From the IMG/VR virus record IMGVR_UViG_3300027759_006101, positions 1 to 64,000 of that record: 64,000 nucleotides of DNA; one strand, given 5' to 3'. The notes beneath the pieces were generated by a model. That model had not been told where the DNA came from, made no database searches, and saw only the letters and a program-made list of their open reading frames with translations. The position numbers and the translations under genes were made by a program. This document shows positions 18,994 through 28,556 of this stretch, in pieces (position 1 is the first letter of the stretch; each line of letters opens with the position of its first letter).

Positions 18994-20442
18994 ATGAGAA
19001 AACAAAACAATAATGTCAGAGCTTTTGCCGACGTTACGCTTAGTCCTACTGGTATTGCTACATCAGAATCAGTAGCAACTCAACACGTCTACAAAGAATC
19101 CTATGAAAACCTTCAAAGTTTAATTTCGTTTCCAGCTTACGAAATAGGCTCTTTTGATCTGATAGTCATATCTAAAGATTATGGTGAAGATCCAGATTAT
19201 AATCTTAATTTTAACAACATTGATAAAAATTATATTTTTTCTGTCGAGAACTTTACAATTGGAAAAAACCAAACAATTGGCACTGACAGATTTGCTGGAG
19301 AAGGTATCAATCCTCAAACTTTTTCCATTGGACATATTGATAACACTGTAACTATGAGATTCCCATTTAGAGTTGATTCTTGGGGCTATATGGATTTTTC
19401 TTTAGCAGCATTTTTTGATTACTGTATGCAAGCTAAATATGGTTCTCCTACTTCAGTTTTAGGAAGGTTTTCTTCGACTAATTCAGCAGTAGTTGGCTCA
19501 GGCACAACTGTTCTTTATGTGGACAATGTTGCAGAATTTTTGCCTTTGACATTACCTTTTTCAGCAAACATAAAGAATGACGACACTGAAGCAGCTATAA
19601 ATGTTCAAGTTACTGGTATTTCTAAAGCAAATAAAACATTAACTTTATCATCGGGAGCAGGGTCAACATTCAACAGAGATTCTAGTTACATAGCATCTTA
19701 TGTAAGAAATTATTCAAAAGAATCTACTTTCAATTTGTTTTCAGTGAAACAGGGTCTTTTATTTGGATGTATGGTTGATAAGTTTTCTATAAACTTTACT
19801 CCTGGAGAAACAGTCAATGTTGATATTGAACTTAAAGTTTTAGGAGTAGACAGAAAATATCAAACAAGTATTTACAATCAATTTGAAACTATTGTTCAAA
19901 AATACTTACAAAAAAAACCTAGCTACTTATTGAATGGGTACAGCCTTCAAGTAAGTAAAAACACTCCTGACTATGGTTACTTTGGTTTAGGGACAATAAG
20001 TGATAGCAAAGTGTTTCAGGGTTTTCAAAAAAGCAAATTAGATAGTATCTTCGTAGACAGCATTTCGTTATCAATTGAGAACTCTCTTACACCTGTCTAC
20101 ACTATGAATTCTAAATCATCATCTTCCGTCAAGAATAAAATGAAGAACTTGTTACCTTTTGCTTACTATAGTGAAGGAAGAAAAATTTCTGGCACACTTA
20201 CATATACTGGACCTATGAAACCTTATCTGATGGCAGAATTCTTGAGTGGTCCATCAAGCTTAAATAATGGTGGTATAAGTTTCAATATGGGGCCAGTAAA
20301 GCTTGATTTACCAGAAGTTGTTTGGACTGCTCAATCACAAGAACATAGCGCTGAACAATATCAAAAAAATACAGTAAATTTTCAAGTTGTTACTCAAAAT
20401 TATAATCAAGATTACACTCTTGAATCAACAGGAAATTATTGA
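18994..20442 (+). CDS. Tail tube-like protein with an inserted beta domain
   Basis: FGCMVDKFSINFTPGETVNVDIE...SISLSIENSL...GRKISGTLTY pattern typical of tail tube proteins. Confidence 0.65.
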   Translation: MRKQNNNVRAFADVTLSPTGIATSESVATQHVYKESYENLQSLISFPAYEIGSFDLIVISKDYGEDPDYNLNFNNIDKNYIFSVENFTIGKNQTIGTDRFAGEGINPQTFSIGHIDNTVTMRFPFRVDSWGYMDFSLAAFFDYCMQAKYGSPTSVLGRFSSTNSAVVGSGTTVLYVDNVAEFLPLTLPFSANIKNDDTEAAINVQVTGISKANKTLTLSSGAGSTFNRDSSYIASYVRNYSKESTFNLFSVKQGLLFGCMVDKFSINFTPGETVNVDIELKVLGVDRKYQTSIYNQFETIVQKYLQKKPSYLLNGYSLQVSKNTPDYGYFGLGTISDSKVFQGFQKSKLDSIFVDSISLSIENSLTPVYTMNSKSSSSVKNKMKNLLPFAYYSEGRKISGTLTYTGPMKPYLMAEFLSGPSSLNNGGISFNMGPVKLDLPEVVWTAQSQEHSAEQYQKNTVNFQVVTQNYNQDYTLESTGNY

Positions 20443-20852
20443 TGAGTATTTTCGTAGATGCCAGTAAAAGATTCGAATTAAAACTTAAGTGTGACATTAT
20501 CAAAGATCCAAATAATGAAATTATTTGTTACAAAATACATCAAAACGGAGAGACTGATATTTCTTGCGATGTAAAGGCAAGAAGTTTTAGTGAAATGTCA
20601 CATATTATTGAAGAATCTACAATTATAAATTCAGTAACAGGTAATCCTTTACTGAGAACTTCTGTCTTGTGCAAGATGATAGTTTACACTTTTTTTTCTA
20701 GCATACGAATAACTTCAAAAGTATTAATTGATGACGAGTTGAAAGAACAAACAGAAGTGCATTATCCTGATATCAATAATGTTAATTATATAAGATACGA
20801 ATTAGTCAAAGCTTTAGCTAAAAAATGGTTGGAGCTTACAGGCGGAAAGTAA
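20439..20852 (+). CDS. Hypothetical protein, possible tail assembly chaperone
   Basis: 137 aa directly after the tube-like gene, with overlapping stop/start. Confidence 0.45.
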   Translation: MMSIFVDASKRFELKLKCDIIKDPNNEIICYKIHQNGETDISCDVKARSFSEMSHIIEESTIINSVTGNPLLRTSVLCKMIVYTFFSSIRITSKVLIDDELKEQTEVHYPDINNVNYIRYELVKALAKKWLELTGGK

Positions 20853-20853
20853 A

Positions 20854-22179
20854 TTGCCAAACTATGTTTCAAATGTAATTAATAATACTCCAGCAGCTTC
20901 ACACAATATTTATTTATCAGATTTATTGAATAAATTTGATCCATTAGTTAATAATGTTGTTCCAGCTTTTCAAATGAAGTTATCCTATGGTGGGCATAGA
21001 GTTAACAAAGCTTCTAATGGCTCGAGAGCTTACATTTGGGACTTATATAGATTAGGATATTCTGCATCTAATAATAATAGAGAATTTGGTTTTTTTTCAA
21101 GATTTCCAATCATATCAGATCCAATGTTCAGTGATCCTGGAAATTTACTTGGAGCTCAAACTAATTACCATCCACTTTATTGTTCTCAATATACTGATAA
21201 TGCAGGCTCTTCTATATACGCACAATTAAAAAACTTTACCAAATTAGGAATTACAAACGTTCCTGTTTTTTCAAATCAAAAATTTACAGCAAATTTATCA
21301 TTTAGCCCACTTTTCTCTACTTCAAGAAATGTACAGTATCCCGCTGAAGCTTTAATTTATAAAGCTACAGTAATACCTTTCTATCCTATTATTTGTGCTT
21401 CTTCAATTCCAACTCACAGAACTTTTGGCCCAGCATTTGTAAGTAGATTTAGCATTAGTGTTGACGGTACTGATTCTCTCGGAGATGTACAAATACAAGT
21501 TAGTTTAGTTGGAGGCAAGTCGATGATTTCTCCAACAAACTTGCCTGCATACAAACCGTTTCAAAATCCAGAATTAAGAACTCCGATGGTCGATTTGTAT
21601 GGAAACAATTTACCTGAAACTAATTTTATTTTGCAAAATATAGGTCTACCCTCATCACCATTTTCGAATTATTATAGACCTACAAACTTATCAGATTGTT
21701 TTTTTGATGCTTCTAGATTTCACTTAAATTATGGTTCTTTTGTAAACTTTGTCCGAAATAGCAAAAATGTAAATTTCAGATTGATAAATATGACTTTAAA
21801 TGTTGAACAAAATATAAGTTTTGATTTTACTATGCCAGGTGGAGATCTTCTAGGAACAGGATCACCACCAGTTTATTTTGGAGATGTAGTTGGGCCAAGA
21901 TTTGCTCATTTAGAAAGCAGAGAAGTAACTGGTTCGATAAAAATTTTCAGCTATGTAAATACAAGTATAATTAACAAAAATACAACCTCATTAGCTATGG
22001 CATTTGGTCCAGTTTATTTTTACACAATAAAAAATGTAGATTGGTCAAATCCAGAAATAAGCATCAATCCTTCTGGTGGATATACTCACGAATACAATTT
22101 TATTGCAAGATTTGGAGAATTTACTACATTTTACAATTCTAATAATAATAGGCAGGTTTCGGAATTTTGGATACAATGA
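20854..22179 (+). CDS. Second tail tube-like protein (TTG start)
   Basis: FVSRFSISVD...VQIQVSLVG...MTLNVEQN...REVTGSIKIF mirrors the 18994 pattern. Confidence 0.5.
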   Translation: MPNYVSNVINNTPAASHNIYLSDLLNKFDPLVNNVVPAFQMKLSYGGHRVNKASNGSRAYIWDLYRLGYSASNNNREFGFFSRFPIISDPMFSDPGNLLGAQTNYHPLYCSQYTDNAGSSIYAQLKNFTKLGITNVPVFSNQKFTANLSFSPLFSTSRNVQYPAEALIYKATVIPFYPIICASSIPTHRTFGPAFVSRFSISVDGTDSLGDVQIQVSLVGGKSMISPTNLPAYKPFQNPELRTPMVDLYGNNLPETNFILQNIGLPSSPFSNYYRPTNLSDCFFDASRFHLNYGSFVNFVRNSKNVNFRLINMTLNVEQNISFDFTMPGGDLLGTGSPPVYFGDVVGPRFAHLESREVTGSIKIFSYVNTSIINKNTTSLAMAFGPVYFYTIKNVDWSNPEISINPSGGYTHEYNFIARFGEFTTFYNSNNNRQVSEFWIQ

Positions 22180-22763
22180 AAGAATTTATCGATTTTTATA
22201 ATACAGTAAAGTCTAATTACGTGCATATCTTAGAAGTTGATCCTGTAAAATTTATAATCAAAGAAATTACTTGGAAAGATGGCTTACTAATAGATGCCAA
22301 GTCTTTTAGAAAAAAAGATAATATAGTATACCAAAATACAGAGTTTGAAAAAAGAGAAATCTTGAATATAGCTATCTTGGGTGCTTTTGATACTCAGGAT
22401 AGTAAAATGTACTATCCTGAATTTAAAAGTTCATTAATCGATTTATTAGACCACACAATTGTTGAAAAACTTTGGGTCGAGTACCAAAAACATCTTTATC
22501 TTTCTGCAGATGAAGCAAACTTTTACTACATAGCAGCTAAAAAGTATTTCAATCCTAATGATCATGAAACATATCCAGTGCCACCAATAGTAGTTGAAAT
22601 TGACTATATGCTTAGAGGCTTGGTATCATTCAGCAAAGAAGAATTTTCAAATCTTAGTATGAAAGAATTTGAAACAATGCAACTTATTTTAGCTACTAAA
22701 AATGAATCTAAGCAAAAGTCTCTTGCTGATATTGATATTGATCTAGAGAAAGAACTTAAGTAA
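22176..22763 (+). CDS. Tail assembly chaperone-like protein
   Basis: DLLDHTIVEKLW and EFSNLSMKEFE segments resemble chaperone G/T-type motifs; start moved to the ATGA overlap at 22176. Confidence 0.45.
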   Translation: MKEFIDFYNTVKSNYVHILEVDPVKFIIKEITWKDGLLIDAKSFRKKDNIVYQNTEFEKREILNIAILGAFDTQDSKMYYPEFKSSLIDLLDHTIVEKLWVEYQKHLYLSADEANFYYIAAKKYFNPNDHETYPVPPIVVEIDYMLRGLVSFSKEEFSNLSMKEFETMQLILATKNESKQKSLADIDIDLEKELK

Positions 22764-23549
22764 ATCAGAACTTTCTTCTTTACGAATTTTATCAGCCACA
22801 GGAGTTCTATCCCATTGGTGAAAAACGTAATACTCTTCATCATTAGTACTTAGTACTTTCTTGTCATTATATTTGACTTGAACATTGTTTCTCTTGATAG
22901 CTTCTCCAGTTGCGCAAAAATTATCAACGTTTGGATTTGTAATTAATACTTTTGGATTCATAGCATAATATTGAGACAAATACCCCATAACTTGTTGGTC
23001 CTGAACTAAATACTTAGCTACTCTGTTTGTATTAGAGAAAAGCATCAAACAATGATTTACAAAATGCTCAATTTTTCCAGCAAACATTCCACCACTTAGT
23101 ACTAAATTATCAAGATAAGATTCATTGTGTGATCTTAGCAATGGACGATATGAATTTTCCCACATACTATTGCAATCGTTTTCAAGAATTTTCATTCCTT
23201 CTGCAACAAGAAATAAATTGTATTGCGGTCTTGACATCATAAACTCAAATGGGTCTCTTTGAAAAATAACATCTCTCAAATCTGTATTCATAACATATTC
23301 AAATTGGTCTTGTTTGTCAGATAGCCAATCATAAAATGCCATATATCCAGTATATAAGTTTTCTTCAGTTTCAATAATATAATCAAAGTATTTTTTCAAT
23401 TTCTCAATATTGTAAGGGCTAACTGATTTTACAAAAATTGCTTTTTTGAATGACTTAAACTTTGAAATAGACTCTAAAAATAAATCACCATCTCTTGAGT
23501 CTAAGCATTTGTCTCCAAAAGAATAGTTTATAAGTAAATTTTTTTTCAT
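22743..23549 (-). CDS. GT-A-like glycosyltransferase
   Basis: TDLRDVIFQRDPF (DxxD), LSGGMFAG, DQQVMG, HQWDR; start moved to the ATGA overlap at 23549. Confidence 0.65.
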   Translation of the reverse strand: MKKNLLINYSFGDKCLDSRDGDLFLESISKFKSFKKAIFVKSVSPYNIEKLKKYFDYIIETEENLYTGYMAFYDWLSDKQDQFEYVMNTDLRDVIFQRDPFEFMMSRPQYNLFLVAEGMKILENDCNSMWENSYRPLLRSHNESYLDNLVLSGGMFAGKIEHFVNHCLMLFSNTNRVAKYLVQDQQVMGYLSQYYAMNPKVLITNPNVDNFCATGEAIKRNNVQVKYNDKKVLSTNDEEYYVFHQWDRTPVADKIRKEESSDLLKFFL

Positions 23550-24379
23550 AAGTTTGTCTCCAATTTGATTTTTTTGTAACACTCTTCTATACCAGAAATG
23601 AGTCCTTTGAGGGATATATTCATTTTGTGCAAATCATACTTGCCTATATATGAATTCTTAAGCTCAGTGTTATCAAGGTCTATTTCAACTTTATGTTTGT
23701 CTAAATTGTTGATAATCTGTGCAATATCATATAGGGTGTACTTTTGTTGATAACTGCAATTACAATCTTTTTGAGGATTTTCTGATTCTATGTAATGTTT
23801 GATAATTTGCATAAAATCATCAAAAAACATAAAGTCCATATATCTATTGTCAAAAACACTAATATTTTCATTATTGATATATCTTAAGATGTTGCCTTTA
23901 ATCATCCGTGTCTTGAGTTCATTGTAATTGAAGATATTGAATATTCTAATGTTGTAAAACTTATCACAAAAATATCCTGATTTTGCAATTAAGTTTTTGC
24001 TAATTCCATATGGATCAAGTGGAAGTGAAGATAAATAATTTGAACTTTCATTCATTTGAAAAGCTCTGTCTAATTCAGCTCCAGAACCAAAAGATATATA
24101 TTTACCATAATGTTTTTCATTTCTTAGAATATTGAAATGCATAGAAAGATTAGTGTGGACATATTCTGGTAAATCTTCTGATAATCTGCTGCCACCTTTT
24201 ATCGCAGTGTGAAATACTACGTCAAAATATTTATCTTTGAAAAAATTATCAACTTGTTCAGCATTTGTAACTTCTAAATTTTGTCTTGTAGTTAAGGTCA
24301 AGTTGTAATCGTTCTTTAAGTTTTCTGCAATGTTTGAAGCAATATATCCATTAGCCCCTGTAATCAAAATAGATTTCAT
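23546..24379 (-). CDS. NAD-dependent epimerase/reductase (extended SDR)
   Basis: ITGANGYIA, YGISK; start at the TAATG overlap. Confidence 0.85.
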   Translation of the reverse strand: MKSILITGANGYIASNIAENLKNDYNLTLTTRQNLEVTNAEQVDNFFKDKYFDVVFHTAIKGGSRLSEDLPEYVHTNLSMHFNILRNEKHYGKYISFGSGAELDRAFQMNESSNYLSSLPLDPYGISKNLIAKSGYFCDKFYNIRIFNIFNYNELKTRMIKGNILRYINNENISVFDNRYMDFMFFDDFMQIIKHYIESENPQKDCNCSYQQKYTLYDIAQIINNLDKHKVEIDLDNTELKNSYIGKYDLHKMNISLKGLISGIEECYKKIKLETNL

Positions 24380-26106
24380 TACCAGTTTTCCGACCAAGAA
24401 ATATTTTCAAGCAAGCCTGGAATAAAGTTTCCATTTTCATCTAAACGAGCAATTACTTTAGGTTCATGAACTTCGTCAGGATGAGTCATAACTTCACAAA
24501 TAGCAGGACCGTCTATTTGAAAAAATTGTTGTAACTTTTCATCTATTTCATCATTGTTATAAACTCTAATGAACGGAAGATTGTATACATCTGCAACTTT
24601 TTCATAATCAGGGAATGTAACTCCACTGTTCCTATCAGCTGCAACTAATCTACCATTGAAGAAAATATTTTGTGTAATCTTCATAGAGAGATATCCGTCG
24701 TTGTTAATAAGTAATATCTTTAATGGCAAATTATTGTGTCTAACTGTCTGAAGCTCGTGGACATTCAAGTGAAGACTTCCATCACCTTCCATACAAAGAA
24801 TATTATGGTGTGTCGCAGCTCCCACAGCACATGGCAATCCATATCCAAGCGGAGCACCACCAGTATTTGTTATTAATCTTTGCCCATCTTTAAGCTTACA
24901 TACTTGCATAGTTACAACATTTGCAGAACCATCACTGGTTACAATATGATAATCGGATGGAATGTGATTGTTGAGTTTTTCAACTAATGCATACACAGAA
25001 GCTACGTCTTTCATATTCCTGTGTCTGTCTAAAACTACAGGTGCCTTGAAAGTATCGCAATGCTTTAGCCATGAATTAGATGCTGGTGTGATATTTTTTG
25101 AATTTAATTCTTTTAAAAATTCTTTTGCATCAGCAAGAACTTTAATATTTGGGAAAATAGTTGGCTTGTCAAGTTCCGCTGCGTCAATATCTACAACAAT
25201 TCTTTTTGCATTTTTAGCAAAGTTTTTAAAATTGTATCCAATTTGTCTTACATACAATCTACTGCCAATAGAAAGCATCAAGTCACATTCATTTAGTAAC
25301 TTATTTGCACACATTTGAGCATGTGTCCCAAATCTTCCATAGTATGATTGGTAAGATTCATTTACTAAATCATTGCCATTTACAGCTGTAATTACTGGTA
25401 TTTGAGTTTTTTCTAAGAGAGCGAATAGTTCGTCTACTCCTCCACTCAACCTAATTCCATTACCTAATACAAACAATGGTTTTTGAGCAGAATTAATAGC
25501 TTCTACAACCCTGTCAATCAATTCTGAATCAATCTTCAATGGTTCGGGTATATCAAAACCCTCAAGCTCTTCAGGTTCAATTTGCACAGTTTGTACATCC
25601 AAAGGAATATCTACCCAAACTGGCCCTGGTCTCCCAGATGTAGCTAAATAACACGCCTTTTCAAGTTCATACCTAATTCTTAAAGGATCGTTGACTTGGA
25701 CAGCATATTTTGTCATCGTTTTGACAGTTTCAATAATATTGAATTCTTGGTCACCTAATTGCCTTAAGGGTAAACCTGTAAAATTAGTACTCATAGGTCT
25801 ATTGACTTGCCCACTAAGATTCAACACAGGAATAGAATCTAGCCAGCTGCATAAAGTACCTGTCAGGGCATTTGTGCCTCCAGGGCCAGATGTCAATAAA
25901 CAAACTCCAAGTTTGTTGTTCATTCTTGCGTAGCCTTCAGCAGCTAATGCAGAAGCTTGCTCGTGATGGTTTGCAATAAAATTTACACCTTCTGCATTTC
26001 CCAAAGAATCAAGCAAGTGCATACAACCCGCACCACATAATGTAAAAATTGTGTCTACATTATAAGTGTCTCTTAAAAACTTAATTACATAATCAGATAA
26101 CTTCAT
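24379..26106 (-). CDS. ThDP-dependent enzyme, acetolactate synthase-like/YerE-like carboligase
   Basis: HHEQASALAAEGYAR, TSGPGGTN, RPGPVWVDIP, EGDGSLHLN...NNDGY. Confidence 0.9.
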   Translation of the reverse strand: MKLSDYVIKFLRDTYNVDTIFTLCGAGCMHLLDSLGNAEGVNFIANHHEQASALAAEGYARMNNKLGVCLLTSGPGGTNALTGTLCSWLDSIPVLNLSGQVNRPMSTNFTGLPLRQLGDQEFNIIETVKTMTKYAVQVNDPLRIRYELEKACYLATSGRPGPVWVDIPLDVQTVQIEPEELEGFDIPEPLKIDSELIDRVVEAINSAQKPLFVLGNGIRLSGGVDELFALLEKTQIPVITAVNGNDLVNESYQSYYGRFGTHAQMCANKLLNECDLMLSIGSRLYVRQIGYNFKNFAKNAKRIVVDIDAAELDKPTIFPNIKVLADAKEFLKELNSKNITPASNSWLKHCDTFKAPVVLDRHRNMKDVASVYALVEKLNNHIPSDYHIVTSDGSANVVTMQVCKLKDGQRLITNTGGAPLGYGLPCAVGAATHHNILCMEGDGSLHLNVHELQTVRHNNLPLKILLINNDGYLSMKITQNIFFNGRLVAADRNSGVTFPDYEKVADVYNLPFIRVYNNDEIDEKLQQFFQIDGPAICEVMTHPDEVHEPKVIARLDENGNFIPGLLENISWSENW

Positions 26107-27127
26107 AAACGTTTTCCAGTGCCTCTTTAATTATAGAATAATCTTCAATTTTTTGAATTAATGGTTGGTTATCTTTAATTAGCACCATGTTAACACAGCC
26201 AGTATTTTTCTTATCTGACATGACACATTCCATAAGGCTTTCATAATCAAACCATTCTTGATTAAAAGATACTGTATTTTCTAGAAGTTTTTTGACAATA
26301 TTTAATGTTGCAGAATAATCTTTGTAATTGTAGTTATAAAATAGTTCACTTACCCTCAAGGCTACAAGACATCCAATTGCCACTGCATATCCATGCGATA
26401 ACTTGTACTTTGAGGTAATTTCTAAAGCATGACCAAATGTATGACCAAAGTTCAGAAATTTACGTTCTTTTTTATCAAACTCATCAATCTCTAAAACAGA
26501 AATTTTATAATTAAGACTTTCATAAATGTGATGCAGAACATTTTTATTTTCAGAAATCAAATCAATGACTTTTGATTCTTGAATTTTATTTCTTAAGATA
26601 TCAAACTTCATTAATTCGCCTAAACCACTACAAAAGTTTTCTTTACTTAAGCCATCAAGCCATTCTTCACAAATAAGAATTTCACACGGAGGATAAAATG
26701 TACCAAGAATATTTTTTCTTGACCCATAATTGATAGAAGTTTTACCACCAATACAACTATCAATTTGAGAAAGCAATGTTGTTGGAACTAAATAATATTC
26801 AATGCCTCTACAATAAACAGAAGCACAAAAGCCCACTGCATCTTGTAAAACTCCACCACCAATAACTACAAGCTTAGTTTGCGTATTGACTTTTTTTTCA
26901 GCAAATTTATCAAATATTTTTTCTAGACCACGCCATGATTTTAAGTCTTCATTTGTGTCTGTAACTATGAGATCACCTAATCCAAATTCAGGAAAACAGT
27001 GAGCAACATTTTTGTCAACTACTGCAAGATGATAATCTTCTCCAATGAGTTTATATATTTCGCTCAAGCTTACAAAATTTACAGAATAATCTTTGATTTT
27101 TGATTTGACATTTATTTGGCTGTACAT
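26093..27127 (-). CDS. 3-dehydroquinate synthase-like sugar-phosphate cyclase
   Basis: GGGVLQD, VPTTLLSQIDSCIGGKT, KNILGTF, LNFGHTFGHALE, HGYAVAIG. Confidence 0.9.
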   Translation of the reverse strand: MYSQINVKSKIKDYSVNFVSLSEIYKLIGEDYHLAVVDKNVAHCFPEFGLGDLIVTDTNEDLKSWRGLEKIFDKFAEKKVNTQTKLVVIGGGVLQDAVGFCASVYCRGIEYYLVPTTLLSQIDSCIGGKTSINYGSRKNILGTFYPPCEILICEEWLDGLSKENFCSGLGELMKFDILRNKIQESKVIDLISENKNVLHHIYESLNYKISVLEIDEFDKKERKFLNFGHTFGHALEITSKYKLSHGYAVAIGCLVALRVSELFYNYNYKDYSATLNIVKKLLENTVSFNQEWFDYESLMECVMSDKKNTGCVNMVLIKDNQPLIQKIEDYSIIKEALENVYEVI

Positions 27128-27750
27128 GAATAACCACCATCTATAACTATATTTTGTCCTGATATATATGAATTTTGCACTGTCAAAAAATATACTAAAT
27201 CTGCAACTTCTTTTGTATATCCCAATCTACCAAGTGGAATTTTACTTCTTAAATTCTTCAAATCTTCTTCTGTATTATTTTGAAAAGTCATATCAGTGAT
27301 GAAAAATCCAGGAGACACAGTATTTGCCAAAATATTATAAGTACCATATTCAGCAGTTATAGCTTTTGTAAGAGAGTGTAAGGCATTTTTACTAGCACTA
27401 TATGAGGATCTTCCAGGTTTTGCATAATCTACCCATACGCTTCCAATATTTACAACCCTGCCATAATTTTGTTTTTTCATATAAGGTAAGCAAAGTTTGA
27501 ATAATCTCAAAGGTGAGAAATAATTTACTGTCATCATTTCTTCATATTTCTCACCTTCAAATATAGAGTCTATTATGTTAATTCCAGCATTATTTATCAA
27601 GATATCAATTTTGTCTGGAATAAAAGAAAAGGCTTGAGATAAATCAAGTTCTTCACGAGTTGGAGCAATAACTTCGTGACCATTTTTTTTGAAAATTTCA
27701 GAAATATCACTGCCTATGCCTCTTGACCCACCAGTGATAAGTATTTTCAT
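27112..27750 (-). CDS. Classical SDR oxidoreductase (FabG-like)
   Basis: TGGSRGIG, INNAG, YSASK, NTVSPG, IVIDGG. Confidence 0.9.
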   Translation of the reverse strand: MKILITGGSRGIGSDISEIFKKNGHEVIAPTREELDLSQAFSFIPDKIDILINNAGINIIDSIFEGEKYEEMMTVNYFSPLRLFKLCLPYMKKQNYGRVVNIGSVWVDYAKPGRSSYSASKNALHSLTKAITAEYGTYNILANTVSPGFFITDMTFQNNTEEDLKNLRSKIPLGRLGYTKEVADLVYFLTVQNSYISGQNIVIDGGYSCTAK

Positions 27751-28547
27751 AGTTCTGAAGCAGCTTGATTGATCCTAAATTGTATCATTTTAATTCTATT
27801 TTCATCTTGCAGTGAAAGTTTCTGATACAACTCCATTTTGTTAGTAAGCCATTCATATTCAAACATTTGAGCTTTAAAAAGAGCTCTTGATAAATTTTTC
27901 AACGCAACAGATGGATCAAAAATTGCATATCTTGTTTCAAATTTGTCTAAAAGTTTTTGTGAATGTAGTTTTTTCAAAAAATCTAAAGACTCAATAGATA
28001 CAGCTCCGCCAATACAAGCCTTGGCACCTAATTTCTTTGTTCTTTCAAAAACGTCATGAGCAATTTGGTAAACTTCTTCAGAATTTACAAAAGTTCTATC
28101 CTTTTTCATAGAAGATACTAAGTCAACTCTTCCCAATGTAACACCATATAATGATTCTGCAGCTTTTTGAGAAAGAATTTTATCAATGTTTGCAACAGCT
28201 GTTTGTGTTTCTATATTTACGTTCAATTGCAATGAATTTACTACTTCTGATGGCAGATTATTATGAATGGCATTTATGAATTTAGTTAGCCCAAATTCAG
28301 ACTCAACCATTGGAGCCACTAAACCCTTAACTCCAATTACCATTGAATCTTTAATATCTCTAATTGCTTCTGGACCACCAATTTTTAATGTGACTTTTGT
28401 ATTAGATTGATTGCAAATTTCTTTCAACCTTAAGACTTCGTTAAAAGTTGCACCCTCATCTTCAAAACTTGTTTTAATCCCAACTAGCCCATAGTTTTCA
28501 ACTAAATCTGTAAGGATATTTACGCACTTGAATTCTCTGTTGTTCAT
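27747..28547 (-). CDS. HpcH/HpaI aldolase/citrate lyase-family protein
   Basis: GIKTSFEDEG, VAPMVES, VNIET, VTLGRVDL. Confidence 0.8.
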   Translation of the reverse strand: MNNREFKCVNILTDLVENYGLVGIKTSFEDEGATFNEVLRLKEICNQSNTKVTLKIGGPEAIRDIKDSMVIGVKGLVAPMVESEFGLTKFINAIHNNLPSEVVNSLQLNVNIETQTAVANIDKILSQKAAESLYGVTLGRVDLVSSMKKDRTFVNSEEVYQIAHDVFERTKKLGAKACIGGAVSIESLDFLKKLHSQKLLDKFETRYAIFDPSVALKNLSRALFKAQMFEYEWLTNKMELYQKLSLQDENRIKMIQFRINQAASEL

Positions 28548-28556
28548 AGTTTTATT

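Noticed and set aside
20439-22763. Programmed -1 frameshift in a tail chaperone
   Set aside because: No correctly phased X XXY YYZ heptamer noticed near the ends of the chaperone-like genes (the A6 run at 20820 is out of phase), and no T-type ORF follows
24379-27127. Auxiliary amino-acid metabolism (acetolactate synthase ilvB, shikimate aroB)
   Set aside because: No other ilv or aro genes; both are translationally coupled within a nucleotide-sugar operon
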